Assembly (NCBI GenBank): GCA_002104945.1
Contig: MCFH01000014.1
Location: forward strand, 1-64,000
Reading direction: 5' to 3'
Length of the DNA: 64,000 nt
Origin: Piromyces finnis finn
Taxonomy: Eukaryota; Fungi; Neocallimastigomycota
The notes under the pieces are model-generated. The model searched no databases and was not told where the DNA came from. It saw only the letters and a program-made list of their open reading frames with translations. This document shows positions 11,901-21,983 of the stretch, one piece after another. Position numbers and translations under genes: made by a program. How positions within the stretch are numbered: position 1 is the first letter of the stretch; the number at the start of each line of letters is the position of its first letter.

Positions 11901-13830
11901 CTTAACCAAGTCTCAAAGGAACTATCAAATTTATGATAAAGAGTTGCTCGCTATCAAAGTGGCTCTTGAAGAATGGAGGCATTATCTGGAAGGTGCAAAG
12001 CATCAGTTCATCATTTATACTGATCATAAGAATTTAACCTTTCCAAGAAAGCCTGAGATGCTCTCACAACGACAGATAAGATGGTATGAATTTTTATCAA
12101 GATTTGATTTTAAGTTAATTTATAGAGCTGGAAAAAAGTCTGGTAAACCTGATTTGTTATCCAGACGTAGTGATCATATCTGTAATATTTATAATAATGA
12201 TAGGATTAATGAAAATATTGAATGTAGTAATTTTAGTTGTAATTTTATTTCATGTAATGTAATTAATTCTTTTAATAAAGATGATTCTTTAATTAATTCT
12301 ATTCTATGTTCCTTAAAAAATGATGATTTATATAATAAAGTTTGTGTATTTCTTAATGATAAAAATTCTTCGTCCCCTCCGATTAGGAATATTAATAAAG
12401 TTAAAATTGATAAAGAAGGATTTTTACTTTATGATAATTTAATTTATGTTCCTTCTTCACTAAGAACTAGGGTCTTAGAATTACATCATGATTCTATTTC
12501 TGCTGGTCACTTTGGTGTTAATAAAACTATTGAATTAATTAGTAGAAATTTTTGGTGGCCAAAGTTTAGTTATGATGTTAAAAAGTTTATAAAGTCTTGC
12601 GAAACTTGTTGTAAAGCTAAAGTTCCAAGACATAAACCATATGGTTTGCTTTCTCCTCTTTCCACACCTAATAGAGCTTGGTCGGAATTGTCAATGGATT
12701 TTATTGTCGAGCTTCCTAAATCCAAAGACATGACTACCATTATGGTTATAGTTGATAGGTTAACAAAAATGGCTCATTTTATTCCTTTAAGATGTTTGCC
12801 TACTGCTTCTATAGCAGCTGATGTTTTTGTTAACAATATCTTTAAATTACATGGTTTTCCTGATTCCATCATTTCTGATCGAGGTACTCAATTTACCTCA
12901 GACTTTTGGAATCGTTTATGTAATTTGTTAAATATTAAACTTGCTTTTTCTACTGCAAACCATCCTGAAACTGATGGTCAAACGGAGAGGGTAAACGGGA
13001 TATTGGAACAATATCTCCGTTGTTTTATTAACGAAAAACAGAATAATTGGGTTGACTTGTTACCTTTTGCTGAATTTGCTTATAACAATACTTTACAGCA
13101 ATCAATCAACCAATCTCCGTTTTTCGCTAATTATGGGTTCAATCCAAAATTTAACCCTGAAATCCCTTCAGCGAATAGACCAAATAGAGCTGAACAAAGA
13201 ATTTTGGATATTAATGAAAACATTAAATTTTTAAAAGTAAATCTTGATCAAGCAAAAGAAACCTACAAAAAGTATGCTGATCAAAAGAGAATGGAATCCC
13301 CAGATTTCGAAGTTGGTAAAAAAGTTTGGTTATTAAAAGGTATTAATCCTTCAAATAAAAATATCAAAAGAAAACTTGCTGATCAAATGCTTGGACCTTT
13401 TGAAATAATCAAGAAGGTAAGCCCTTTAGCATTTGAATTAAAACTACCAAACAATTTACGTTGCCACCCTGTTTTTCATGTTTCGTTATTGGAACCTTAT
13501 AACGAAAATGAATTTGTAAATAGATCAGTAATGAATAAAAGAAAAAATGTTAAGTTAACTACTGATACTATTGATAGGATTCCTGATAAGATTATTCAAG
13601 AAAGAAATTATCATGGAAAGAAATCTTTCTTGATGACATGGAAAAATCTTGACGAAAATACTTGGATCCCGGAAGATCAAATTACAGATGTACAATTGAT
13701 CCAAGAATTTTATAGAAAAAATAAAAAGTCTAGAAAAGAAAGTCAAGATCAAGTCTATACAAGGAATAACAATGGTATGATCAAACATAGATATCAACCA
13801 TTTGTAATTGATATTCCTTCAAAGAAATAA
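8962..13830 (+). CDS. gag-pol: A1 single-ORF Gag-Pol (CCHC knuckle, protease, RT, RNase H, integrase, degenerate chromodomain)
   Basis: 1622 aa from TTG. Motifs CFSCGKSGHMQFNC, LIDSGS, YIDD, HDSISAGH..CETC, QTERVN, GPF, chromodomain-like KSFLMTWKNLDENTWIPE. Confidence 0.95.
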   Translation: MEEINQLLSNLHLNENMDRQGASLRIVNDPPTFSGRRQELDGFLTRVELAIEANPDRFVNDEARVRFLISYFVNRPLEWAARLRQNNDAILRNYDQFIAALRTNFGDPNNDTIVANGRLCNIKQRKFGKVFEYINEFQRVSQNSNFNEAAKIYMFTKGLHPKMREHLAIVNPNPTQLERLYSDVLSIENLTKRNDISEYYMTHQDRRNYNRDDPMDVDLYWISKGQRNVNYFPFHRSNYVEPSTTRSDLKKKGVCFSCGKSGHMQFNCPNRKKPKSVKIIKRTISEEEASSSTPSVKRIRPTKDVTENDSNLYKIHKSEKKNIIDFYIKTNDMEEVKVKVLIDSGSDLNFIHPEFARINNIKLYNIRNPFKVSGLGQGNSTVRKESEKCILRLRNHYEVIQLYSLRIPEVDVILGVPWIEKHCPVYYHDSSKIAFSSGYCARHCNVGKRRNKGTTNMDKKSMPSSRKGKEAALDNENEQSSCIDRGFSDYDKSFCCDSSDDEETLSIRGRRTSVKTISNLDSFNKIKFSNSLNNDNNCNFKCICNSINCIDENLNKDNNSVTGPKQYSFSKNVCNNNNSRVLNSVSNCYDLFCNIINKCKSESDNLNKDKKSIEIPKQYLLFKEVFNEKNCNILPPHREYDCEIRLKDNANLFYGPLYPLTEAERDELKNYINENLEKGFIRKSSSPAGAPVLFVKKKDGSLRLCVDYRKLNDMTIRNSYPLPLIGDLLDRVKGAKYFTKLDLKSAYNLVRIKEGDEYKTAFRTRYGHFEYLVMPFGLKNAPATFQHFINDVLSDYLDDFAISYIDDILIYSNSLEEHHEHVKKVLKKLLENNLYVKLEKCEFDVSETTFLGYVLSKDGLKMDRDKVKAILDWPVPTNVKEVQSFIGLCNYYRIFIKDFAKIASPLHKLTRKNVPFNWVSECQNAFVTLKKAFTSAPILMNPDSNKPFIVETDASNFAVGAILSQEFEGQLHPIAFISSSLTKSQRNYQIYDKELLAIKVALEEWRHYLEGAKHQFIIYTDHKNLTFPRKPEMLSQRQIRWYEFLSRFDFKLIYRAGKKSGKPDLLSRRSDHICNIYNNDRINENIECSNFSCNFISCNVINSFNKDDSLINSILCSLKNDDLYNKVCVFLNDKNSSSPPIRNINKVKIDKEGFLLYDNLIYVPSSLRTRVLELHHDSISAGHFGVNKTIELISRNFWWPKFSYDVKKFIKSCETCCKAKVPRHKPYGLLSPLSTPNRAWSELSMDFIVELPKSKDMTTIMVIVDRLTKMAHFIPLRCLPTASIAADVFVNNIFKLHGFPDSIISDRGTQFTSDFWNRLCNLLNIKLAFSTANHPETDGQTERVNGILEQYLRCFINEKQNNWVDLLPFAEFAYNNTLQQSINQSPFFANYGFNPKFNPEIPSANRPNRAEQRILDINENIKFLKVNLDQAKETYKKYADQKRMESPDFEVGKKVWLLKGINPSNKNIKRKLADQMLGPFEIIKKVSPLAFELKLPNNLRCHPVFHVSLLEPYNENEFVNRSVMNKRKNVKLTTDTIDRIPDKIIQERNYHGKKSFLMTWKNLDENTWIPEDQITDVQLIQEFYRKNKKSRKESQDQVYTRNNNGMIKHRYQPFVIDIPSKK

Positions 13831-13861
13831 TCTCGCAGGAGCTCGACTTAAAGGGCGAGAT

Positions 13862-14588
13862 TGTAAAGATATAAAGTATATCTTTAAATTATTTAATAAT
13901 TAATTAATAATTATTGAATAATAATTTTGATATTTTAATGAAAAAATTGTTTATAAAATTTATTGTATAAATTTTATGGAATAATTAAATAAATATTAAT
14001 TTTAAAATATCAAAGTTAGAAATGAAATTTGGATAAATATTTAAATTAATGGATAATTAAATTTAAATATTTTAAATATTCAAATTAAATCTTAAAAAGT
14101 TTTTATTTAATTAAAATTAGTTTAATAACTTTAGCGTAGTTTTAAATTAGCATTTTTAATTATAAATATATAATAAATAGTATTATTAATATTTAATTAA
14201 TATATAGGTAATACATGGACTGTATTCAATTTGCAGTTTACTCAAATTGAATCAAAAGTGTATTTAATTAGTTTTAGTTTAGTTTTATTATTTTATTATT
14301 TAATTAAATTAGTATTAAATTAGTTTTGTTTATTTTATATTGAATATATGTATAATTAAATAGAATAGTATATTAAAATATAATTTACGAAAAATATAAA
14401 TGCATGTAAAATTTCTTGATTAAAACGATGTAATTGTTATTGACTATTATTTAGTTAATAACTAAATAAAATTAATAAAAGAGATATTTTTTTAAATATA
14501 ATTTATTTTCTTGTTTTTTCTTTATTTTGTGTTGTTGTTTTATTGTAAAAAATTTTATAATCTGTTTTACATTTATAAAACTTTTACA
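13862..14588 (+). repeat. A1 3' LTR
   Basis: Direct repeat of 7383-8108, preceded by the PPT and followed by the TSD. Confidence 0.95.
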
Positions 14589-16517
14589 GCAGGTGAAAGC
14601 TGTTTTATATTCATCACCCTTTTTGATTCGGACCAAATTATATGCTGATCGTAAATCCAATTTTGAGAAGATTTTCGCTTTACCAAGATGCTCTAGCATA
14701 TCTTGAATCAGAGGTAGAGGATAGGAATCTCTAATGGTAATTTTGTTGAGTTCCCTATAATCTTGACAAAGACGGAGTTCACCATTCTTTTTAGGAACGA
14801 AAAGTACAGGCGCACCAGCAGGAGATTTGGATTTCCTAATGAAACCCTTTTTGAGGTTTTCATCGATATAATCCTTCAAAACTCTTGTTTCTTCGTCTGT
14901 TAGTGGGTAGATTGGTCCATAAAATAGCTTGGCATTTTCGATTAGGTTTATTTGGCAATCATAAGGACGATGAGGTGGTAATTGAGCAGCAGAAGATTCG
15001 CTAAAGACGTCCATATATGATTCTAATTCCTTCGGAAGTTTAGTAGTAGGATTTGAGTCTTTAAAAGAGTTTTTTGGTGAACAAGAATCAACTTTAGAAA
15101 GAGATATATTAGAAGCCATGACAGTACAAGTCTCTTGTGATAAAGGATCGTTAACAGATTCATTGTTAATTAAGACAGATTTAGAACGATTTTCTTTGGG
15201 ATTACGAGAATGAGATAACTTAGAATTTGAAAAAGAAGATTTAGGTTTGTCAATAAAAATAGGCAAAGAAACGGAAGAAGAGTTATTGCAATCAGTAGAA
15301 AAAACAGAAGTTTCCTGATGGAATTCGGGAACATTCGAAGGGAGAGTCATACAATGATCCAAGCAATATGAAGAACCAAAGGATAATTTATTATTTTCAA
15401 AGTCAATACTTGGATTATGTTCCTTAAGCCAACGTAGACCTAGAATACAAGGATATACAGGTAGATCAGTAACGTAAAAGACAGTACGGCATAGGTGATC
15501 CATGTAGCGAAGATTAAGAAGTGGAGTAACTCCGAACAGTTTTTGGCTACCACCAATACCGAATACGTTGGGTAAATCTTCTTCATAGTGGTAGGGAATA
15601 TTGTGATCGTTGCAATAGTCGACATCTATTAGATTAAGTGTAGAACCGGAGTCTATAAGAATTTTTGTGTCTAGTTCAAACGATAATTTAAAATTTGAGG
15701 TTACCCTATCTTGTTGATTTTTCTTGGAATTGGTAGAATTATTTTGTAGAGAAACTAAAGATTCGAATGCTGAGTTTTTATTTCTTCTCTTATGACAATC
15801 TTTCAGTTGGTGTCCTGGAGATCCACAATAGACACATAAGTTTTCCTTACTTCTTCTTTCTTTTTCTTCCTTGGATAACGGACCAAAGTATCTTTTCTTC
15901 TTGGGATGTTCTTTTAGATTTGTGGAAGCCTTTCTAGAGCCATTGCTGGAATTAGAACTTGGTCCCTTAGTATTTTTGTCAAAAAATAATCCCCTGGTAG
16001 CAAGTCTGGAGTCTATTCTAGCTGCAATAGTTTGGAGGGAAAACAAATCTCTTGGTCCTGGGAACATCTCTAATATCTTCATTGCAACTTCTTGGTTGAG
16101 CCCAGCGATAAAAGCATCCATCTTAGCCTCTTCATTCCAGTTAGATTCATCAGAGTATTTGTTAAATTCAAGGATGTATCCTCTGATGCCGCCCAAACGA
16201 TGTTGCTTGAGAGTACGTAGCATTTGATTGGCTACGTAGACTGCATCATTGTTCCCGTAGAATGCCTTTAGTCTTTCCTTGAATGCTTGGTAGTTGGTCA
16301 GACATGGATCATGGTTGTCAATAAGCGTAGCGGCCCAATTTAATGCATTTCCATAAAGGCGAGAAATCAGGTAGATAACCTTGCTCTCTTCATCTTGATA
16401 TCTTTCGGGATAAAGGAGAAAAACAAGTTCTATTTTGGCTAAGAAACCTTTGAGATATTTTCTGTCTCCTGCGAAACCGTCTTTTAGTGAGGCGTTATCA
16501 AATATTTGTCCTTCCAT
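14589..16517 (-). pseudogene. gag-pol: B2 gag-pol 5' part (Gag, CCHC, protease, start of RT)
   Basis: Matches B1 residues up to YKTAFTC; the last ~38 codons of the 14472-16517 ORF are read-through into the antisense A1 LTR. Confidence 0.95.
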
Positions 16518-16716
16518 TAAAATTAAAAAAATATAATTGTTTGAAAATAAAAATTATGTAAATAAGATAAAGTTATGTTTGAAGAAATTAAGAAAGAAAA
16601 AAAAATTAAATCTTTATTATTATTTATTGATTAAAATATTTTAAATATAGACAAAGAGTCAAATTAAATAGTATTGGACCATCAAATATTTAATTTTATT
16701 AGTATTCAATACTAGG

Positions 16717-16926
16717 TCCCTTGTAGCTCTTTGTTGATAACGTAGATATTATCAATTGTTAATATTGGAAATGAAAATTTTCAATAAAAGGAATTAACGG
16801 TATTAGTTTCTTTATTGTCACTTACTTAATTAAGCGGAAAGAAAAAAAATAGGTTTAATTCCCCGATTATTAATAATATCTAAACAACAAAGTATTACGT
16901 ATAGGTGTCCAACTATCCACGCTAAG
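16717..16926 (-). ncRNA. Structured leader RNA module, B2 copy
   Basis: Reverse complement of B1 48300-48504 with an extra 4 nt (taag) in the apical hairpin. Confidence 0.75.
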
Positions 16927-17218
16927 GGAGGTATTGAATCCTAACTTCTTTGTTATTTTAATATTTTTTCAAAAATAATAAATAAAATTTAATTTTATTT
17001 ATTAAAAGTAGAAAACGTTTTATTAGAAAATGAATTTTTTCTTTATTATTAAATTAAGCGTCCTGGCGCTCCCCTTATAATAACTGTGGGTTTTACTTTT
17101 GTTTTCAGTACCCTTATTGTTAAAATAAGCTTCACTGACTTACTTAATTTTTTAATAAATTAAAAATTCTTCCTTTTTTAAACACTAAGGTGTTATTATA
17201 TATTTTAGGAGTTTTTAT

Positions 17219-17625
17219 TGTAAAGGACTAATGTTCAATAAATAAAAACACAAATATATAAAAAGGAAAATAATAAAAGCAAATAAAAATTTTATTATTG
17301 AACACTTAACAAAATTATAACAGGTTAGTGTTTAATAATTTTATTTTTATTATAAAATTTCTTTGTTAAAAAACTCGAATTCCAAATAATTTTTTGAGAA
17401 ATTTCACTCGTATTTATATAAATGTTTTTAAAAGTAAATTTATAAAAATTTTACAACTTAATTTTTTAAGCCAATCAGAAATTATCTTCTTTGGTAAAAT
17501 TTCGTTATAAAATATTTTAATAATTAAAAAAAAGATATTAATGAGGTTTCGAACTCGAGTAGTTCAAACCAAGGTCTTAGTTACTAACCACTAAGACAGG
17601 TTACTAATTTCTATGATTCGTTACA
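17219..17625 (-). repeat. B2 5' LTR
   Basis: 407 bp, TG...CA on the minus strand; followed by the self-priming PBS (plus strand gagtttttat immediately left of 17219). Confidence 0.93.
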
Positions 17626-18273
17626 CTTATAATAATAACTCTTGATTTCTTAGAAGGGAATCAAGAGTCTTTATTTATATTATTTAATAAATTTAAAGTT
17701 TAAATTAAAATTTTATCTAATCTTAACAAAATAATTTTTTGTTTAGGAAAAGATTAGAAGAAAAACCTAAATAAAGTTCGATCAACATTCTATACATATT
17801 GATCATCGTATATTTTAAGTAAAACCAATTATTTTAGAAATTGGAAAAAACCTTAAAATATCGATTCCTAAACAATGAATAATTATTTTAAAGTAATTAA
17901 TTAAATAAATAATTAAATATATTTGATAAAAATATAAAGTTAAATAAAAGTAATTAATTAAATTAATTAATTAAATGAATAAATATAATTAATAAAAATA
18001 TAAAGTTAAATAAAAGTAATTAATTAAATTAATTAGTTAAATGCATAAATATAATTAATAAAAATATTAAATAAAATATTAGTGAATAATATAATTAAAT
18101 GGCTAAATGTAATTTAAGATATTAAAATTAAGTGAAAATAAATAATTAAAATAAATTTAAATGAGAATAATTATTTAAATAAACTAATATTATTAACATT
18201 AATTAATGATTAATAATTAATGATTTTAACTAAGAAATATTAATTATGTATCAAATAATTATTATTTCTTACA
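17626..18273 (-). repeat. 5' ~650 bp of a D-related LTR (D2), interrupted by B2
   Basis: Minus strand starts tgtaagaaataataattatt and is colinear with the D1 LTR through ...gagttattattataag, where B2 is inserted. Confidence 0.8.
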
Positions 18274-18796
18274 TTCTTGATACGAAGAAAAATATTATCT
18301 TAATTCTATAAATGAATATAGAAAGTGATAATATTTGTATCTAAAATTTAATAAATAAAAATAAATAAGAAAATAAAAATAGAATAAATGATTTTTATAC
18401 TTGTTCATTTGCAAGTCTTTGTTAGTTTAAAATATAAAATTATTTTATTTAATTATAAAGTTTTAATATTTAATAACTCTTGTATTATTAAATATATATA
18501 TGTTATGGTTTAATACATCTTGAATGTATGTAAATATAATCACAACTATTATTTTAATAAAATTTAATATTATTATCTAATTTTACTGGATTATTAGGAA
18601 CATCTTTTAAAATAAAATAATTCTATCACTATTTATACAAAATTATTATTTTAAAGTATAATTATAAACAAATATAAACTATTTAATTTAAAACTAAATA
18701 AACAATTAAATAAACAAAAAGTTTACATTTATAATTTTTAATTTAATAATTTTATACATGTTAATTATTTTAATTTTTAACTATCTGTGTTTTAAT

Positions 18797-18818
18797 ATTA
18801 TTATTATTATTATTATTA

Positions 18819-18855
<37 letters not shown>
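18797..18855. repeat. (ATT)n microsatellite, ~19 units
   Basis: Direct inspection; one ATC interruption. Confidence 0.9.
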
Positions 18856-18856
<1 letters not shown>

Positions 18857-18892
18857 AATTCATAATTTATAAATTTAATTATTTATCATTCT

Positions 18893-19581
18893 TGTTAAGG
18901 AACCAACAAATAATGTTATTCTTGTCATAATTAATGATTATGACCTAATCCATTATTGTTCCTAAATATATGAAAACTTTACAATATTCTTATTTGTAAA
19001 TTAATGTATACACTTAAATTATATTTAAAATTATTAATAATTATTTTTATTGAACTTAAATTTTATTTTATTAAACTTAAAAATTAATTTAGTAATAATA
19101 ATATATTGAAAATTATAGTTTATTGAACTTTTAGTTTAATTTATCAAGTTAATGAATTTTTATTAATTAAAATTATGAATAATATTTCTGTAAAATAGTA
19201 AAATTCTTTAGTTAAATATATTTAAAGTAAACTTTTAATGTATGTTAATCAATTTAATAATATGTATAAATATTTATTATAATAGTAATGTAATTTTATT
19301 ATTCATTTAAAAGTAATTTAAATACTAAAATTAATGTAAATAATTAAAGACTAATTCTTTTAATTAACACTACTTAATTTTTTACAAAAAGTATAAAAAG
19401 GTGTATATTATAAGAATTAGAGAATATACAGATATTTTTATTTTTATTTTTATTTTATTTTATAATTTTATATTAATATCTTAATAAAACAATTTTTCTT
19501 ATTTCATTTTAATATTATTTTTGAGTATTAATAAATTTATTAATATTTTATAAATAAAAGTAAATTCCTCGAACCGTAACA
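18893..19581 (+). repeat. C 5' LTR
   Basis: tgttaaggaacc...gaaccgtaaca; repeated at 26050-26755. Confidence 0.95.
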
Positions 19582-19588
19582 TAAAAAT

Positions 19589-19606
19589 TGGTGGAGATAT
19601 CGGGGA
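19589..19606 (+). promoter_or_regulatory. C primer-binding site complementary to the tRNA-Ala 3' end
   Basis: tggtggagatatcgggga. The implied tRNA end TCCCCGATATCTCCACCA has CCA, discriminator A73 and U70 (the G3:U70 alanine identity element). Confidence 0.85.
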
Positions 19607-20150
19607 ATAATATTAATAAAAATTATTAATACATAGGATAAAGTAATATTAAAATATTACTAAAATATTATATAAATTTATTAAAAATTTATTACCCTTC
19701 AAAGTTATAGGTAATATTTATATTACTGTTGAAGCTTTAAGGTATAATATTTTAGTAGAACTGAATTAGTACGCTTTAGAAGCAGTACTTTATTTAGGAA
19801 TTAGTGGTTAGGTTTTTAGGTCTAGTTTATCTTTCACAGTAGAATACTGGAAAGCGCTGAACCTTTCTATTTTGCTAGGGAAATAGAAGTGCCTCGCATA
19901 ATTGCTACATGACACTGGTAATACGGTAAGCTGGGCAATTGTGAACTACTTAAGCACCCTAAATAAGTATTGGAAAATTGCTGTGAAATGCTGTTCTACT
20001 ATACTTATTATTGTAATTCAAATTTTTAATAAATTTAATATTATTTTAGTATTTATAATTTTTTTTAAAAAAAAAAAAATTTTTTTTTTAATTGAACGAC
20101 TTTTAAAAATTATTCTTTTTAAAATATAAATAAATAATTCGAAAGTGACA

Positions 20151-20355
20151 CTTAGCGTGGCAAGTTAAACTGCTGTACGTAATACTTTGGTGTTCAATTA
20201 TATCTGATAATTGGGGAAGATAATCAATTATTTTCTTTCCGCTAATTAAGTTAGTGATAATAAAGAAATTAATTACGTTACTTCCTTTTATTAAATTATA
20301 TTTAATATTAACCATCGGGTATATTTGTGGCTTATCATCAAAGAGCTACGAGGGA
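20151..20355 (+). ncRNA. Structured leader RNA module, C copy
   Basis: Block homology to B1 48300-48504 and five nested helices, four with compensatory changes (see findings). Confidence 0.75.
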
Positions 20356-21062
20356 TTTTCACTTAGAATTACACAACCTATAATACTTGATGGTTTAACA
20401 TTATATAGGTTGGCCTATATTTTTATAAAAAGAAATAAGTTTTTAAATAATAATTAATTAAAAAAAAAAAAAAAAATATAGATATATATATCTATTCTTT
20501 TTGTTGATTCCCTTCGAGTAATTTAATATTGCTAATTGAAATATTCTTTTCTTACTGTTTTAAGTTAAACAAGTTATATCAGTATAGACAAGCCTTATTA
20601 ACTAATCAACAGAGGTATACTAGGGGTGGTAGAAAGATCCTGAAGCACGTGACGGAACTTAGATCGTGTGAATAAGGTGACGGCAACATTTACCATTGGA
20701 CGAAAGACTCTTAGTTAATAGTCTATTATATATAATTTGGTCGGTAACTTGAATCAGTAATAACAATATTAAATTAAAATTCTTGCTAGTAAATTGAAAA
20801 CAAATAATAATTAACTATAAGAAAAACAGAAAACAAAAGTAATAATTTCATCTTTTCTGACTGAACTAAGATAGTAAGGAGTGATACTAAAAATTTAAAT
20901 AAATAATTGGTAGTACGTGCTGTGCTAGATTATTTGTATCTCATTCTGTCAAGTGGTCGATAAAGGAATTTCGAGCTTGGTTACAACTAATAAGTGGTCG
21001 ATAAAGGAATTTCGAACTTTTTTTAGACTATCAAAGGTATTTTTGAGTCTATACTGTGTCAT

Positions 21063-21983
21063 TTGTACTGCAATAAATTCGGTCAAGGAAAATACAAGAA
21101 AATGAGCAATTCTACTACAAGGATAGATTTCAAGGAGTTGAAGAAGGAACTCAAGGATATAGAAAAACTTTCCAAAGATAATTTGGACATAAGATCCTGG
21201 GCTTCTGAAATAAGTTTATGGATTGAACTTCAAGATATCACTAGTGCCAAGAAAATTTACATGGCATGTGTGCTTACTTCTAAGGGTGAACCAAGAAAGG
21301 TAATCCAAGAGTTGGAAGATAAAGACAGTGATAGTGAAGATGAATATGAAAGTGAAAATGAAGAAGAGAATCAGAAAAATGAATCTAATGAAGAAGATTA
21401 TCCCTCACTTGGGAAAATTATCAATGCCCTTGAAACATTTTATGGGTTAAAAGAAGATCAAAGTATGTTATTACGGGAACTAAGAAGACTACGTATAAGA
21501 AGAAATGAATCAGTTAAAGATTTCAATAGAAGATATAGATCTTTATATTTAAAGTTGGATAAGAAAAAGAAGAAGCAGATTAGTGTGTTAGATTATGCAG
21601 ATTCTTTACAAAATAATAAAGAAGCATGGAGAAAAGTATCTTTAAAAGATGATATCACCCTAGAAAAGGCCTTTAAGATAGCTGAGAAGGTAGATAGGTT
21701 ATCTACTAGAATAGATAATGATGGTAATATACCAACGACTACTGCAATAACCAAAAGTTATAATAATTTTCAACCATACAAGAGAAAAGTTTCTTTTACT
21801 GAAGCCAAAAAGCCTAATAAAGATGATGAAATGAATAACCTAGTCAAGAAAATGAAAAATTTAACTATTAAAGCTTGTTTCTTCTGTAGTGAACCTGGTC
21901 ATTATCAACAAAATTGCCCAAAACTTCAAGCCATTATTGAAGGAAACAAGAAGCGTTATTATGATAATCATTTAAATCATTAA
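21063..21983 (+). CDS. gag: C Gag with CCHC zinc knuckle
   Basis: 306-aa ORF (TTG; first ATG gives MSNSTT...); CFFCSEPGHYQQNC near the C-terminus. Confidence 0.9.
   Translation: MYCNKFGQGKYKKMSNSTTRIDFKELKKELKDIEKLSKDNLDIRSWASEISLWIELQDITSAKKIYMACVLTSKGEPRKVIQELEDKDSDSEDEYESENEEENQKNESNEEDYPSLGKIINALETFYGLKEDQSMLLRELRRLRIRRNESVKDFNRRYRSLYLKLDKKKKKQISVLDYADSLQNNKEAWRKVSLKDDITLEKAFKIAEKVDRLSTRIDNDGNIPTTTAITKSYNNFQPYKRKVSFTEAKKPNKDDEMNNLVKKMKNLTIKACFFCSEPGHYQQNCPKLQAIIEGNKKRYYDNHLNH

Larger units (their letters stand above)
7383..14588 (+). mobile_element. Full-length Ty3/gypsy chromovirus A1, apparently intact
   Basis: TG...CA LTRs 7383-8108 and 13862-14588 (726/727 bp, near identical); 5-bp TSD gcagg at 7378-7382 and 14589-14593; PPT aaagggcgaga 13850-13860; single long ORF. 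Confidence 0.97.
4320..17625 (-). mobile_element. Ty3/gypsy chromovirus B2, interrupted in RT by element A1
   Basis: 5' LTR 17219-17625; 3' LTR starts at 4702 and runs into the fold-back centre. Removing A1 and one TSD copy restores a 4365-nt ORF, the same length as B1 (48704-53068), and both translated halves match the B1 protein. Confidence 0.95.

Noticed and set aside
14472-14588. Novel C-terminal extensions of ORFs 14472-16517, 31419-32381, 27804-28607 and 53700-55400
   Set aside because: Each is read-through of an interrupted ORF into the LTR of the inserted element.
19589-19606. tRNA gene
   Set aside because: Only 18 nt antisense to a tRNA 3' end; no cloverleaf. It is a PBS.
20331-20355. 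cttatcatcaaagagctacgaggga resembling the start of a SAM-I riboswitch or a group I intron R element
   Set aside because: The downstream SAM-I core (CUGGCCC...GCAACC) and the group I P, Q and S elements are absent; this stretch is paired within the nested leader structure instead.
19902-20457. Small ORFs in the C leader (19902-20129, 20103-20315, 20254-20457)
   Set aside because: Low-complexity AT-driven frames with no motifs; the B/C conservation here follows base pairing, not codons.
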